DNA of 64,000 nucleotides, taken from NCBI GenBank assembly GCA_013239625.1, contig MU054541.1, forward strand, positions 9,405,530 to 9,469,529, written 5' to 3'. The translations under genes were made by a program, and so were the position numbers. Of this stretch, positions 13,531 to 26,061 are shown piece after piece. Position 1 is the stretch's first letter. The number at the start of each line of letters is the position of its first letter. The DNA comes from Lama guanicoe (Eukaryota). Under the pieces are notes generated by a model. The model saw nothing but the letters and a program-made list of their open reading frames with translations, searched no databases and was not told the origin of the DNA.

Positions 13531-14509
13531 CCTGGACTCTGAAGACACTATTCCGTCCTTCCCATTTACACGGCTGTCTCCTCATCAGTATGGTGTCCAG
13601 GTTCTATCTCTGTGTCTCCAACATGTAAAAAGTAAAAGACCAATTTGCCAGAAACCAATTTATGAGAACACTAATTTGCCTAAACTCTACTCACTTAATG
13701 AGCAACTTGCCTAGATCTAAAGTTTGCAATTAGAGGATTTGTTTTTAAACCAACTTGTCGAATGGCACTTTCAATTCAATTTTATATTTATAAAAATCAC
13801 TTATCAGTGAGTATTTTGTGAATCCTAAGACTTCTTACTTCCTTGTGGGTGGACTTTTCCATTTTATTTGCTTTAGAATACTCTAAGCATGTTTCAGGCA
13901 AGTTTGCCTAAAAGAGCCTCTCTTCAAAATTTCATCTCCAGCAATAAACACTTAATCAAATGTTTAGCTTTTCCTACAGTTGATTCAGTGCATTAGATTC
14001 CCTGTCTTTTTCTTAATGATTTTTGATTTGCCCTGTGTGTACAATATGCATTTATCCAACAACGAAGATAACCCAATAAACACCCAATCCTCACTTCTGC
14101 TCAGTGAGGCACTGACATTTCTGTACTAAGTCAGTGAAATGGGACTGTACTGCATGCTGCCCACCTTTCCTTTCTAAGATGCCAAATTCTTACGGCAGTA
14201 ATTTCATCCACCTCATCAGGGAGGTTGGGGGGAGGCAAATTCCTGGGCCTCACTTGCGAAGATTCAGATTCAGTACGTTTACCATGGGGCTCGGGGGTCT
14301 GCTTTGTAAAATAAGCCCCCAGATCACTGTGAGAAGCCACCCTCTCAGAGCCTTTACTTTGAGAAGAGGTTGCTCCCTCCATTGACAAAATGACAAGTGC
14401 TCAGGACCTTCTGGAGGAGGACAGCCAGCCCTGGTACTCGCTCCAGGAGAGCAAGGCAGGGCTGCTGGAGGCTCTGGCTGCGGGCTGAGGGTAGCATGGC
14501 CTTGGTGAA

Positions 14510-14705
14510 ACCACCACGAGCTTAGAACTCAGAAGAGCTGGTTTCATCTTAGCTCTAAGAGCAAGAAGCCCTGTTACTCTCTGCCTAAGACATTTATCCT
14601 TCCTGAGCCTCAGTTTTCTCATCCATAGAAAGGGAATACTGCCTACCTTCTAAGTCTCTTATGAGAAGTAAATGGATTAACAGCTACACAATCTCCATGT
14701 AAGAG
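14510..14705 (+). mobile_element. MIR SINE
   Basis: tcctgagcctcagttttctcatccatagaaagggaatactgcctacctt...tatgagaagtaaatggattaa. Confidence 0.7.
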
Positions 14706-17700
14706 GATGCGTGGGCTGAAATCCAGCCCGAGATCTGTCCTGGAATGGGTATGAGTCATCCCAGAGGACGGGGGAACTTTGTGTAATTCATTCCTCCAAA
14801 GGGCACCTTTTTATAATTTTACAAAATCCCCAAACAAGTTAGTAGAGGGCCCGAGTATAAAATAACCACAGTACAGTCCTTGATATGTGACAGGAATTCG
14901 ACAAATGCGGTCTTAATTGATTCTGAAAAAACAGTAATGTATTCTGGGCTTCTCCCATAGGTCATCGCAAGGGTCAGACAAGATAACGTGGGCAGGCTTT
15001 GTAAATTGCGAAGCACTACAGACATCTGCAGTGTTACTCTCAGGGCTCCTGCCGCCCCTGTGAGAGTCCACCTCACCTGGTGCTTCCCAGTCAGGGAGGG
15101 GGAGCCAGAAGCCACGAAAGCAGCAGCGAGGATGGTGGCTGCATTATAAGCAAGTGGGTGAAAAAGCCTGGTGGAAGTGAATCAAGTCACAGAGCAAAGA
15201 GGCAGCCAAGGGACCATCCTGGGAGTTTTCCAGGTTCACAACAAAGCACTGGGAAGAGAAAAAGGCCAAGTCGCCCAGGTTTTGGTGTGTCTTTCCGATC
15301 CACACCGCCCTGCATCAGTCCTGAGAGCTAGTGGAGAAGGATTCAGAACTGAGTCAGGAAACCTGCATTCTCTGCTACTCATCAGCTAAGAAACAGAACC
15401 AGCCTTTCTGAGACCCAGACACTTTTACCTGTAAAAATCCAGGGATTAAAAATGCCTCCTTTACCCCTGATGGCACCTGGCTGAATCAAATGCTTTGCAT
15501 CTCCCTGCTGCATGGTATTTATGGATTGTGGGAGGACACACTCTGCCTCTCGCATCCGTAACGACAGCGGCTGGTCCTGCTGGGACATACACAAGGCTCT
15601 CTGCTTGCTGACTTAGGGGTGGATGAGTCTTCTGCAGCCAGGCTGATCGAGACGCAGCATATTCATAAAACTGTCTCTGCTGATGGGAGTGGAGAGAGCA
15701 AAAACCACCAGAGAACAAGAAAAATAAACCCAAACGGTGTCACAGAGTCATAAAACCCAAGGGAGCAGTATTTCCCAGCCTGACACAGCTCTGGCTTAAG
15801 ACTTCAGACAAGAAAATTAAACCCGCAGGTGACTTCTAAGTCGATCCTCCTGCTTGAAAACTGTCCTTTATGCACAGAATGAGTCTGGGCCACACAAATA
15901 CATCCCTCGTCTCTCTTCTCACTTTTTAAAATTAACACCAGCAGTGGATGCTGTAGAAGCCCATTTATAACTGCTGATGTACCAGAAGTCCTTGACAATG
16001 AGAGTAGCACTTGGTATCTTAATGAATGAAAGTGTTGTAAGAATTTCTCAGTCATCTGCCACCTGGTTCCAGTGGGTTAGACTGTCTGATCTCCTTCCGC
16101 AGATACAGGCACCCACCCAAAGCCACAAAGAGCCTAAAAGAAGTATACTTAGAACTTAAATAAGAGTCCAGTATCACTAAACTACCAAATCAGATCCCTC
16201 CGGCTGCAAGAAAGGTGATCACAGGCGCTCCACCAACCCCGCTGGGCCACCCTGGGGACTCTAAGGTAGCTTGGCCTTCTTCATGGCCAAATGCCAGGAA
16301 AGGCAAAACGTGTTGACCGAGGGATCCAAGAGTAACAAGCAATTTGTGTTAAATGCCCTCAGCCTGAAGCCAGCCCCGCACCTGGAAACCACAGCAAGTG
16401 TCTGATGTCCTGAGACCTTCCAGGATCCTAAAAATCGAAGGCCATTATTGCACTGCATCATCAGCACTGGACTTTGTTTCAGTGCTACTTTTCACAAAGA
16501 AATATTTTTGTTTTTAAATTGACCCGGGAAGGCCACCTGGGAAGGTGACAACAAACAGGGGGGAAACAGGCCTTGCTGAGGTGCTGACGCTGGGCAGGAG
16601 AGGGGGTTGCTCTCCAGCTAACCGGGTTACTTGGGCTGGTCATCTCTGCAGCAATGAAATTCGACTTTGTAAAAGTCAAATTACACCTTATTCATGGTTG
16701 GGAAAGGGCTCTCAAAGAGTCAAAAATACAGATGTTCCTAGAATCATGAGGAGAAAAAAAAAAAACACCTGTTCATCAGATCAATATTTTGTTAGAAATT
16801 ATCAGTCATCGATAAAAACACACTCTACTGTTTATTTCTGCAGCAATGCAGACCAGTGCCGTCGCTCCCAGGGAGACCAGGCAAGGAGAGGGCCAGCCAA
16901 TCAATGACTGGGTTGTTGAACCTGAACCTTCTGTAAAACAGGCAAAAAGGAAGGCGAGAAGGTCCAGAGAAGGGCGACAGAAAAGAGCTGGATGGGACAG
17001 TGCCCTGATGGGAGGGCTGTTTGTGACCGTCCAGGCGAAAGCTGAGAAGCAGTCAAAGCAAAGTCACAAAGTCATGAAGCCAAACATAAACATGCTTATC
17101 TGGTCTCAGAATGCTGGAACCTGGGGATCTATCTGTGAAGTTCAAAAGCAGTAAATTTAGATCACATACAATGAAATACTACATAGAACATATGGAACTA
17201 TTAAGGGTTAAGTACATTCACAGTGAAGGTACCAAGAAGTTCAAGCTAGACCCATAAATCTTATAAAGGGGAAATGAGGATGGCTACAGTTCATCTCTAA
17301 CCTTGCATCCATCTGATGCACAATACATATTCATTGTAGGGGGACACACTCAGATTTCTTGCATTTATAGTGATGGTGGTGGCTGGCCTAACCATCTGCA
17401 GTGGTGTCTACCAGGGCATCCTCATCTCCCCATAAAATTCCCAGTGTACTGCCTGACATCTAGGGCTGGACCACAAGTTTTCCTGATGGATGACTGTCAT
17501 GTTCTAATTGCTGCTCTTATAAACGGTTGCTTTTCTACCTACATTGCCCTGTTTCCTTCAAACACTACAGAACACATGAGAATCAGATTTCATTTATGCA
17601 GAACTCAGAGCCAGAGAACAATGTGCACAGCTTCTCCTAAACAAGCAAGCATCCTGCTATGAACTCATGGACTAATGATCATCCCGCTCCTCCTTCAACG

Positions 17701-18039
17701 CTTCTGTAATGGGGTTCTCTCCCTCTCAAGGTCTCCTGTCCTGCTGTTGAACAAAGCTAGCTAAGGGCACACCAGGGAACAAGACAGACTAAATCTTCAC
17801 CCCCAGAAAACTTAGCCCTGAGACGTTCAAACAATGCCCAAGAGGAAGAACCAAGGGCAGCAGCTTGGTGCCCTCTGCAATTTCAGGTTGATGCTGGACA
17901 GCTCCAGTTACACTGCTAAGTCCAGTTGTAAAGCCATCTAACAGCAGTAATGTCCATCCTACCCAACCAACCTCAAGATGAAATCAACCTCTGGTTGAAA
18001 TCTAGCAACTGCTGCTAAAAGTCCACAAGAGATGCCCAC

Positions 18040-18400
18040 TTCCTCCTCCAAAGTTAAATCCTTCATCTTGGCTTTCAAGGTTCTTCACAGTTTCCCTTCA
18101 ACCCACTTCTGACCTCATCTTTCTTTACTACCCTACAGGAATTCCACATCCCTGCCCAGCCAGGCTGTTTGCTATGTCTTGAACATGCTTATGCCTCATA
18201 CAGTCGTGCCTCTGTGACCTTTGCCTCAAGTTTCACGGCAACCTCCTCTCTCATCCCTTCCAATTGTGCTCATCTTTAAGGTCTGTCCTAAATACAACCT
18301 CCGTTCTGATGCTTTTCCTGACTCTTTCAAAAGGATTTGCTCTCTTACTATATGAATTTCTTTAGAACCACATTTATACATCTTCACATTAAACATTTTT
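18040..18400 (+). mobile_element. L2 LINE fragment
   Basis: aaatccttcatcttggctttcaaggttcttcac...ttgaacatgc...tctttaaggtctgtcctaaatacaacctcc. Confidence 0.55.
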
Positions 18401-18499
18401 GGTAGCTTACAACTATCTACAACTCCAACATGACAGGTGATGAAGGAACGCTTTTCGCAAATTATGTCAAGGCTGGAAGAGCACTTTGCACTCAGCGCA

Positions 18500-18881
18500 A
18501 GAAACAGACAAAATGGAAGCGCCATTCAGTCTTACAAAGGAAGGAAACCCTGTCACGTGCTCCAACAGGGAAGAACCTTGAGGACACTACGCTAAGTGAA
18601 ATAAGCCCGTCATACAAAGACAAATACTGTATGATTTCACTCATGCCAAACAAGAGGCAGTCAAATTCATACAAACAAGAAATAGAATGGTGGTTACCAG
18701 GGGCTAAAGGGAGGTAAAAGAGAAAGGGCTTTTGTTTAACAGGCAGAGCTTCAATTTTGCAGGATGAAAAAGTTCTGAAAATCTGTTGCACAACGATGTG
18801 AAAATATGTACCATTACTGACTGTACACTTAAGAATGGTTAAGATGGTAAATTTTATATTATGTGTTTTCATCACAATAAA
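18500..18881 (+). mobile_element. L1 3' end (L1MA9/L1MB-like), 5' truncated
   Basis: gaaccttgaggacactacgctaagtgaaataagcc...caaagacaaatactgtatgatttcact...gtacacttaagaatggttaagatggtaaattttatattatgtg...cacaataaaa. Confidence 0.88.
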
Positions 18882-19977
18882 AGTGCCATGTGTGAATTAA
18901 ATCTCCAATTTACCAGCGTTACAAAAAACAAAAAAAGGTATTACACAGCAACCATTGCCCTGATCATAGAGGTTAGAGCTGAAAGTGCCCCTTTTAAATG
19001 TGTTTTAATTAATAGACAGTCCTTACATGCACTAAGAATAGAATGTCTCCATTTTGAGAAAAGAAAATTAAGACTGGAAAACTATGGAGAAATGGGTATG
19101 AAGAGTAAATTCAGGTAAATTTTCCGTTCCTTCGAGGTATCAGTTATTAAGAGACTGTGAACAGTAAACCTTTTAATGAGACTTTTGGGTTATGATTCTT
19201 TTTTTTTTTCCACTTAAAGGCACAGATGAGGTCTGGGGCCCCAGTGGTCTAGTCATCAGTTTCCTTGCACTTTCAGAGTAAGATACCAGAAGGGAAGGGA
19301 AGGACAGAGGGAGAAGTAGTTAAATGATTTTGGAAGGTTGGAGAGGGAGCTTAAAGAGGAGAGCAAGGAGGGTGGGGTGGAATATCTTGGGGAGAAATGG
19401 GGACAGACAGAGGATAAGGGAGCAACAGAGAAACATAACGAAATCACAAATCAGAATGAGACTGCAGAACGGTTCCTGGCAGATGCTGCCCTCAGTTCTA
19501 AACAGCAGTACTGGCTTTGCCTTGACAAGCCCTGGATGGAGGGCTCTCGTTAGTCATGCACTGCGGCTGAAAATAGCGGCAACTACTTCCTAGTGCTGAA
19601 ACCAGCAACCAATCAGTTCTGATGTACAGTTAGTTTCCTTGTTATTTCAGGGTCTAAAAACAGTGCAAATAAGCCCTGGGCAGGTTCACAGGAGCAGAGG
19701 GACTTGTTTTGCAGAATCAGCAAGAGTTTCTTCTCTTTGCTGAATTGTCAGCCTCTAACTGTGGTCAAGTGCTTCCCCTGTGATTGGCCTCAACTTTGAT
19801 TCTTAGACTGTCTCCTTCTAGCATGTTCTTTGAAACCCAACTCAACTGCCCCTTTCCCTCTTTATAATCAAATGCCTTGGAAACATTATTTATTTCTGAA
19901 AGACTGGATAATATTTTGTCTTTGAGATATACAAATGAAGTGGAGTTTCTAACTTCTTAAATAGATTTAAAGACAGT

Positions 19978-20042
19978 GCAAAAAAAACAAGAAGACCAAA
20001 CCAAACCAAACCAAACCAAAACAAAAAAACAAACAAAAAAAC
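19978..20042. repeat. (CCAAA)n / A-rich simple repeat
   Basis: accaaaccaaaccaaaccaaaccaaaacaaaaaaacaaacaaaaaaa seen directly. Confidence 0.9.
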
Positions 20043-20094
20043 CCAAGAACACCAGTAATTCCACCGTTTTGAATTTTAAGAATAGGTATCTTAG

Positions 20095-20300
20095 TGGAGA
20101 CGGTGTAAGCTAATGATTAAAAGTGAGGACTCTGGGGTAAAACAAAATGGGGAGACTCCATCCCAGGCACTTACAGCTATGTCACCACGACTAAGACATT
20201 TAACTTCTCTGAATTTTGTTTTCCTCGTCTATGAAAAGGAGAGAATGAAGTTAATAGTACCCACCTCCTAGGACTAAATGGTATATTGTAAATTTCTCAA
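20095..20300 (+). mobile_element. MIR SINE
   Basis: gattaaaagtgaggactctgggg...cacttacagctatgtcacc...ttaacttctctgaattttgttttcctcgtctatgaaaagg...aatagtacccacctcctagg. Confidence 0.75.
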
Positions 20301-23300
20301 AAAATGGCAGCTGTCATTATTACTCGAGTGAATGTCAAGACTGTGATGCTCAGCTATCACATAAGTTGGTGATCCTTCATTCAAATGGCACTATGGGGCA
20401 CCTAATCGCCGGTACCTTAGGCAGAAGGAATAGATTACTCAGTCTTAAAACATTTAACTTCTGGAGCCAGAAGAGCTGGAGAGGTGATTGGTGAAGACTC
20501 AGAAAAGTAGGAGACCCCATTTTTTGCCTCAATTATCCTTTTCCTCTATGGTCAGCCATTATTCCAAGAAAGATGCATTTTGAGAAACATTCATCTCAGA
20601 TCATATTCATTATGCCATCACTCTGCTGGGCACAGCGCTTCCAGAATGGAAGAGAATCTGATGCCTGAGTCCCTGACCCTGTATCATATGCCGCTGTGCA
20701 TCCTGATGATGGAGATAAGACGGAGAGGATGACAGCAGGGGAAAGATGGCTGAGGAGGGGCAGGAGGGCTTTCCTCTATCTCTCTGAAGAACAGAGAAAC
20801 TATGTAAGACAAATAACCTCCAAGTTAATTACGGTTTTCCTGATCAAGTGGAAGCAAATGCCAAAGCAGAGAGATTTCGGCATGTCTTTCCCTGATCGTG
20901 GATCTAGACGTAGCCCCAGTTCAGGCTCCCACATCCTCTAGACCATTAACCACTGTCACTCTCTATTAACCATGCTTGGTGTCTTTCAAATTGTTGTCTG
21001 TTTCCTTTCAAAAATGTCAACAGAACAACAGACATTGAGAACATGCTACAACTCGTACACTTCCATTTAGAGTTCTCGAGTTCTCAGTTTATTAATTCCT
21101 TCTGACATGGCCCAGATGTCTCTGGAGTAATTAGTAACAGAACAGGGTTAATGGAGCTGCCTCGTGGTGATGCAGGTTCATTATGACTGATTGCTCACTT
21201 CCGAAAATTAAGCAAGTCTCACTAAGTTTAAACCCAAAAGGAAAGCACCAGACTCGCACCCCATGCACATCTGCACCTGTCCTGTCTGCATCGTATGTAA
21301 GAGGCTGCCAGGTACACTATGGTGAGGACGACCAGCTTTTATGTATTCTTCTCTATTTGACCCAAGCTCTCTGGATGTGAGATTTATAAATAGATAAAAT
21401 CCACTCTCTTGGGGAAAGAATAAGGGAAGCCAGAGAGACCGGGCTAACTGAGGCATCTGTAGTCCTTCCTACAGCAAGAGTCCTGCGGACACCTGGCTAT
21501 CTGAGTTCACGGCTCACGGCTGAAGTTCATGTGAGCCTCCATTAATTAGGTAACTAGAGACATTAAAGGGTGTTGTCAGTTTAAAAATTCTGTCAGTTCT
21601 TTTAAAATGCCTTCTCTACTGGCCTGTTCTCTCTTCCCACTGCTAGCAGTCATATGCTTGTCAGCTCCTAGTTCCACACCAGAAACAGCCTCTTGAAGAG
21701 TCTCCCTGCCTCCAATTGTTTGATTTAATTCAACTAGTGATTCTGCAGAACGAGACACAGGGCTGGCCTCGGAGGCTTCTCTGTCAGGCCTTCAATCTTC
21801 TCCTCTTTCGGTTCATTCTATACACAGCGACCCAGGAATACATTCTAAAGGCTAGTTTCCATCATATCCCTCACTTCTCGGCTCAAAAACCCCCAAAGGC
21901 TCACAGCTGCCATGGGATCCAATCTAAATCCTCACATGCCCAACCCAGCGAACCCCCTTCTTTCTCAGTGCACCCCCAGGCGGACCCTCCACGCCAGCTC
22001 TGCCTCCGCGTCACTGACCCGAAGCACGGCCGCCCCCGGCCTTTGTCCAGGTCTCCTTTTCTGGAATGTTCTTTCCTCATTCCCTACAAAAGTCCATCAT
22101 GCTTTAAGGGTGGACTCAAGTTTCAGGCCCCCCAGGAGCACTTCTGTTAGACTGGGCAGATCTGCGAGCATTGCACTCGGCAGTAGGCAGGCTGGCCCTC
22201 TGTTTCTGAATAATTAATGAATTATATATTCACATATAAAATACATCATACACATAAATTGATGTCTCAGATATCCGTATCCGCTTTGATACCTAGCACA
22301 GTATTCTTCCTAGAGTCAGGTGTGTTGAATAAACAGGTACTCTATGTAGGAGTTAAGTTTTTCAACATTTAAACTTTCCCAAAGGAAATTTGGCATCAGT
22401 CTTAAAAGGTACCTAGCCCTTAAAGCATACACAATTTACTTCTAGAATTAGAATTAGCAATTCTTGTGCCAGGGATAAGTGAGGAAAGACTCAGAAATGC
22501 TTATAAAAATATATGCGCGCTGCTGAGATGCCGTGTTTTTATAAGGAGGACAGAAAGCTCCTAAGGGGTCCGTCATGTAAATCCTGATCCCCACCTTGCA
22601 GCTAACAAATTGATGTTGTGGAATATTCACTAATGGGAACCTGGTCACAAGACATCACTGAGAGCAAAACAACAGGTGATCAAAGAATATGTACAACGGT
22701 GTTTGATTTTTATTAGAGGATAGATGGACAGTGGTTATGTCTCCGAGGGAGGCTTACAATTCCCTTTTTTCCTTTGTGACTTTCTGTGCATTTAAATTAG
22801 TAACACTGAATGTTACTGATGCGTTGGACACTTCCTTTAGATGGAAATGTGCTCTTATGAACCACAAACACCAACCTGGACGTTGACAGAGGAGCTTGAC
22901 ACAAACTTACACTTGAATTTTGATCTAATGCAACTCAGCACCATGTGAGACATCCTGCCACTGAGGAAACGATACTCATTCATCTAGGAGTTGGGAAACA
23001 CGAGGTCTAATCATGGCTCTACTGCAGAATTTCTGCCAGCCCTAGAAAAGTCACTTATCTTCTTAAATCTCCATCTTTTTATGATAAAATAGGTGAACAT
23101 CCTTCCACCTCCATCCCATTGTACAAAAACGTGTAGAGATCAATTAGAAACTATTTATAGAAATAACAAACATTGTAAAGAGGCAGTCAATCAGTATCAG
23201 GTGGGTTTATTATCACAGTTGGAGAAACTCCCCTGTGAAATCTTGAATCTCGAATTATTCCATAACCTTGAATCACAAAGCAGTATCTGATTCCCAAGGC

Positions 23301-23403
23301 TAATGTGCGGTGAAATGCAATTTCACTAGATGCCCAATTTAATAACTGTGGGTACATTTGTTAAGTGACATTTAAACAATGAGCATATAACAGTCATTTC
23401 AGG

Positions 23404-23570
23404 TTATTATAATTCCCTGTGCTATATGGTAAATCCTTGTTGCTTATCTATTTTATGTACAGTAATTTGTATCTGTTAATCCCAATGATAATCTAAAAAA
23501 AATAACTGAATCACTTTGCTGGACACCTGAAACTAACACCATATTGTAAATCAACTGCACTTCAATTAAA
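23404..23570 (+). mobile_element. Short 5'-inverted L1 3'-end insertion with 15-bp TSD
   Basis: 23404-23485 antisense L1 3'UTR; 23486-23570 sense terminus (tgaatcactttgctggacacctgaaactaacaccatattgtaaatcaactgcacttcaattaaaa); TSD aacagtcatttcagg (23389-23403) / aatagtcattttagg (23571-23585), 13/15 identical. Confidence 0.88.
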
Positions 23571-24096
23571 AATAGTCATTTTAGGACAACCTTCTTCAGC
23601 TTACTCGTCTTTAAAAGTGTTTCCCATAATACTTTGCAGGTTATTGTCTTTGCCTTTTTTTTTTTTTAAGAGAAAAGACATAAATTTTAATTGAAGAAAT
23701 ACACGGGGCTTCAGATCAGTATTTTAAAGCTTTGGCAAACGCATTATGAAGGGAACAGGTGCAACTCTTTATCTCTGCAAAGTTTTGATGATGAATCGAA
23801 TTCACCAAGATGGGCAAATAATCTTGACTGAGCCACATAAATACCAATGTACATGTTTACAGACGCACAAGACTGCAGGCTCTTAGCATATGACTGGTGG
23901 GTGTGTACTGAATGCTTCTGGACACAAACACACAAACCCAGGTCATGACTGCGTGTACCAAGACACACACAGAAACACCCAAACGTCCCACAGAGCAACC
24001 TCTCCAAAGAGGTGCCTCAGGTGAAAAAAAGACAGCAAGAAATGATCCCTTGAAGGGAGGGCGGGGCTGGGGCCCCAGGAAGACGTCTCGACTCAC

Positions 24097-24303
24097 CTGT
24101 TAAGTGGTTGGCAATCCTGGCAGTGGGTTTGGGAGGCAGGGCGGGGGGCTGCTTGAGAAGGGAGAGCTGCTTCACNNNNNNNNNNNNNNNNNNNNNNNNN
24201 NNNNNNNNNNNNNNNNNNNNNNNNNNNNNNNNNNNNNNNNNNNNNNNNNNNNNNNNNNNNNNNNNNNNNNNNNNNNNNNNNNNNNNNNNNNNNNNNNNNN
24301 NNN
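24097..24303 (-). CDS. PHACTR1: PHACTR1 proline-rich alternative (cassette) exon; visible 3' part 24175-24097 encodes VKQLSLLKQPPALPPKPTARIANHLT; 5' part lies in an N-gap
   Basis: Consensus donor TTAACAG|gtgagt at 24097/24096; 79 visible nt are open and end in phase 1. The peptide matches the remembered PHACTR1 alternative exon. The end coordinate 24303 is inferred, assuming the 207-nt length recalled for orthologues; it is not visible. Confidence 0.82.
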
Positions 24304-24331
24304 NNNNNNNNNNNNNNNNNNNNNNNNNNNN
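24176..24331. other. Assembly gap (156 N) overlapping the PHACTR1 cassette exon
   Basis: Run of n seen directly. Confidence 0.99.
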
Positions 24332-26061
24332 GACATTACATAAACGCAGTGCAGGGAGGTCCAACGGGAGCCGGTGGGTACACAGGACAGGGACGTGGGT
24401 TAGCAACACAGCAGAGTGCTGACCGCCCCAGGTTGTCAGGGGTGGAGCATTAAAAAGAGGACATCAGAAATCCAATAAAGCCAGGGTAGGGGTGGGGGAT
24501 GGAGAGGGAGGCAGACGCAGAAAACAGAGAAAGCTGGAAGGAGCAAGAGGGAGAAAAAGGAAGAGGACACTTCCTCAAAACCGTCCAACGTGTCACCCCG
24601 TCAGTTCCTGGTGTTTATAACACAAGTTCTGTGGGTGCTCCAACATGTGACTCCGGGACCAATCGAAAGACGGCAAGTGGAGCGGACCAAGGACCAAGAG
24701 CCCCTTCTGAACCAAACCAGCGCCAAAAGCAGGCACCTTCCTCTGGGCCTGCTTGCGCTTTGTTGGGGAGGAAGAGTGAGTGGATTCTGGGGTCTCACTA
24801 TGACCCTGCTCCCCAGCCTGAGGCTCACAGTAGGGGACAAGGCCCCCACACACCTGGGGTGGCGAGTCCTCCAGGTTTGGGGGTCATCTGAGCTGGGCAG
24901 CCGCATCCAAGGGGTGCTCTGCAGTTTGACAGGCAACTTCCTGCCCCTGCTGGCTCCTGTACACCTTGACAAGGTGAAGATGCTCCAAGTCAACATCTCT
25001 TATCTTCTTCCTTCCCCTCCCTTACACTCCATTTCTCATTGCTCTGCACTGGGCCTGCCTCTTTCTCTCCCCCACAGGGAACCAGGACCAGATCCAGTTA
25101 AGAGCCGCCACGGGTGGTAATGTAGGCTCTCCCACCAGCCTGGCAACCTGGCCAATGACAGACTAAGACTCAATGACTTCCCTAGGATGACAGATCTCAC
25201 TCCAACCATCAAATCCATTTGATTCCAAAGCCACAAGGGAGGTTGGATAGAAATCTCAATTTACTGCTTTAGCTGGAACAATCTCCCCTGCAGGGGAGGG
25301 GGGCGGTGTGGAGGGGGAGGGAAATACAACTCAGAAGCATCTCTTCCCTCCCCATTGCTGCTACAGTAAGAACGTCTGTAAATGACTCCTCTCCTGCCCT
25401 CTTCTTCCTCCCTAATCTGGGTAGCAGCGTTCCTGGCAGCATCCAGGTCCTGTATATACTCCTCATGAGAACTCAATTCTCCCCTGTCTCAAGGGCACTG
25501 TTATTATCAGTGTTGGACACACTGACGGAGCAAGAACTCACTGGGTCCCAAGGTGAAGCTGACTGTGTGAAACATCACCCCGCCCAGCCTCCCCCTGTGC
25601 AGACTCTGCGCACCGTGTGGAGGAAGGATGTGGCCTTTCTACCCAGACTCTAGATATTCCAAGAGGTCCCTTCCCCCAGGCTCATCTCCTGGCAGCAAGG
25701 ACCTCTCCTGATTGGCTGTCAGGAGGGTCCCATCTTCTGGCTAATGAGGACCAGTCTGCAGACCTGAAGAAGTGAGTACTGGCCACTCAGAGGGCTTTGG
25801 ACCAAAGAGACAGTGACAGTCAGATGGCATCAAAATTCATCTGTCAGCAGGATATAACGTAACTGGGAAATTATAGACAATTAACATGCTAATTAATTTT
25901 ACGCAGTAAGCTGTTACAATTTACTAAATTGATGTAACTTTTTTTTCCACTAGGTCAAGTAATTTATTCAAGGTCACAGGATTCACAAGGGACCAGCTTC
26001 GACTTGAAGGCTTTATCTCCTTTCAAAGCCTGTTTTCATCATCATTCTGCTATACTATCTA

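Noticed and set aside
23151-23160. Perfect MEF2 consensus CTATTTATAG
   Set aside because: A single 10-mer at the edge of a MIR-like remnant; about one such match is expected by chance in an AT-rich 64 kb.
25261-25476. Minus-strand ORF with acidic/charged peptide (EEYIQDLDAARNAATQIREEEEGRRG)
   Set aside because: No convincing acceptor/donor pair in phase, and no resemblance to PHACTR1 or any protein I recognise.
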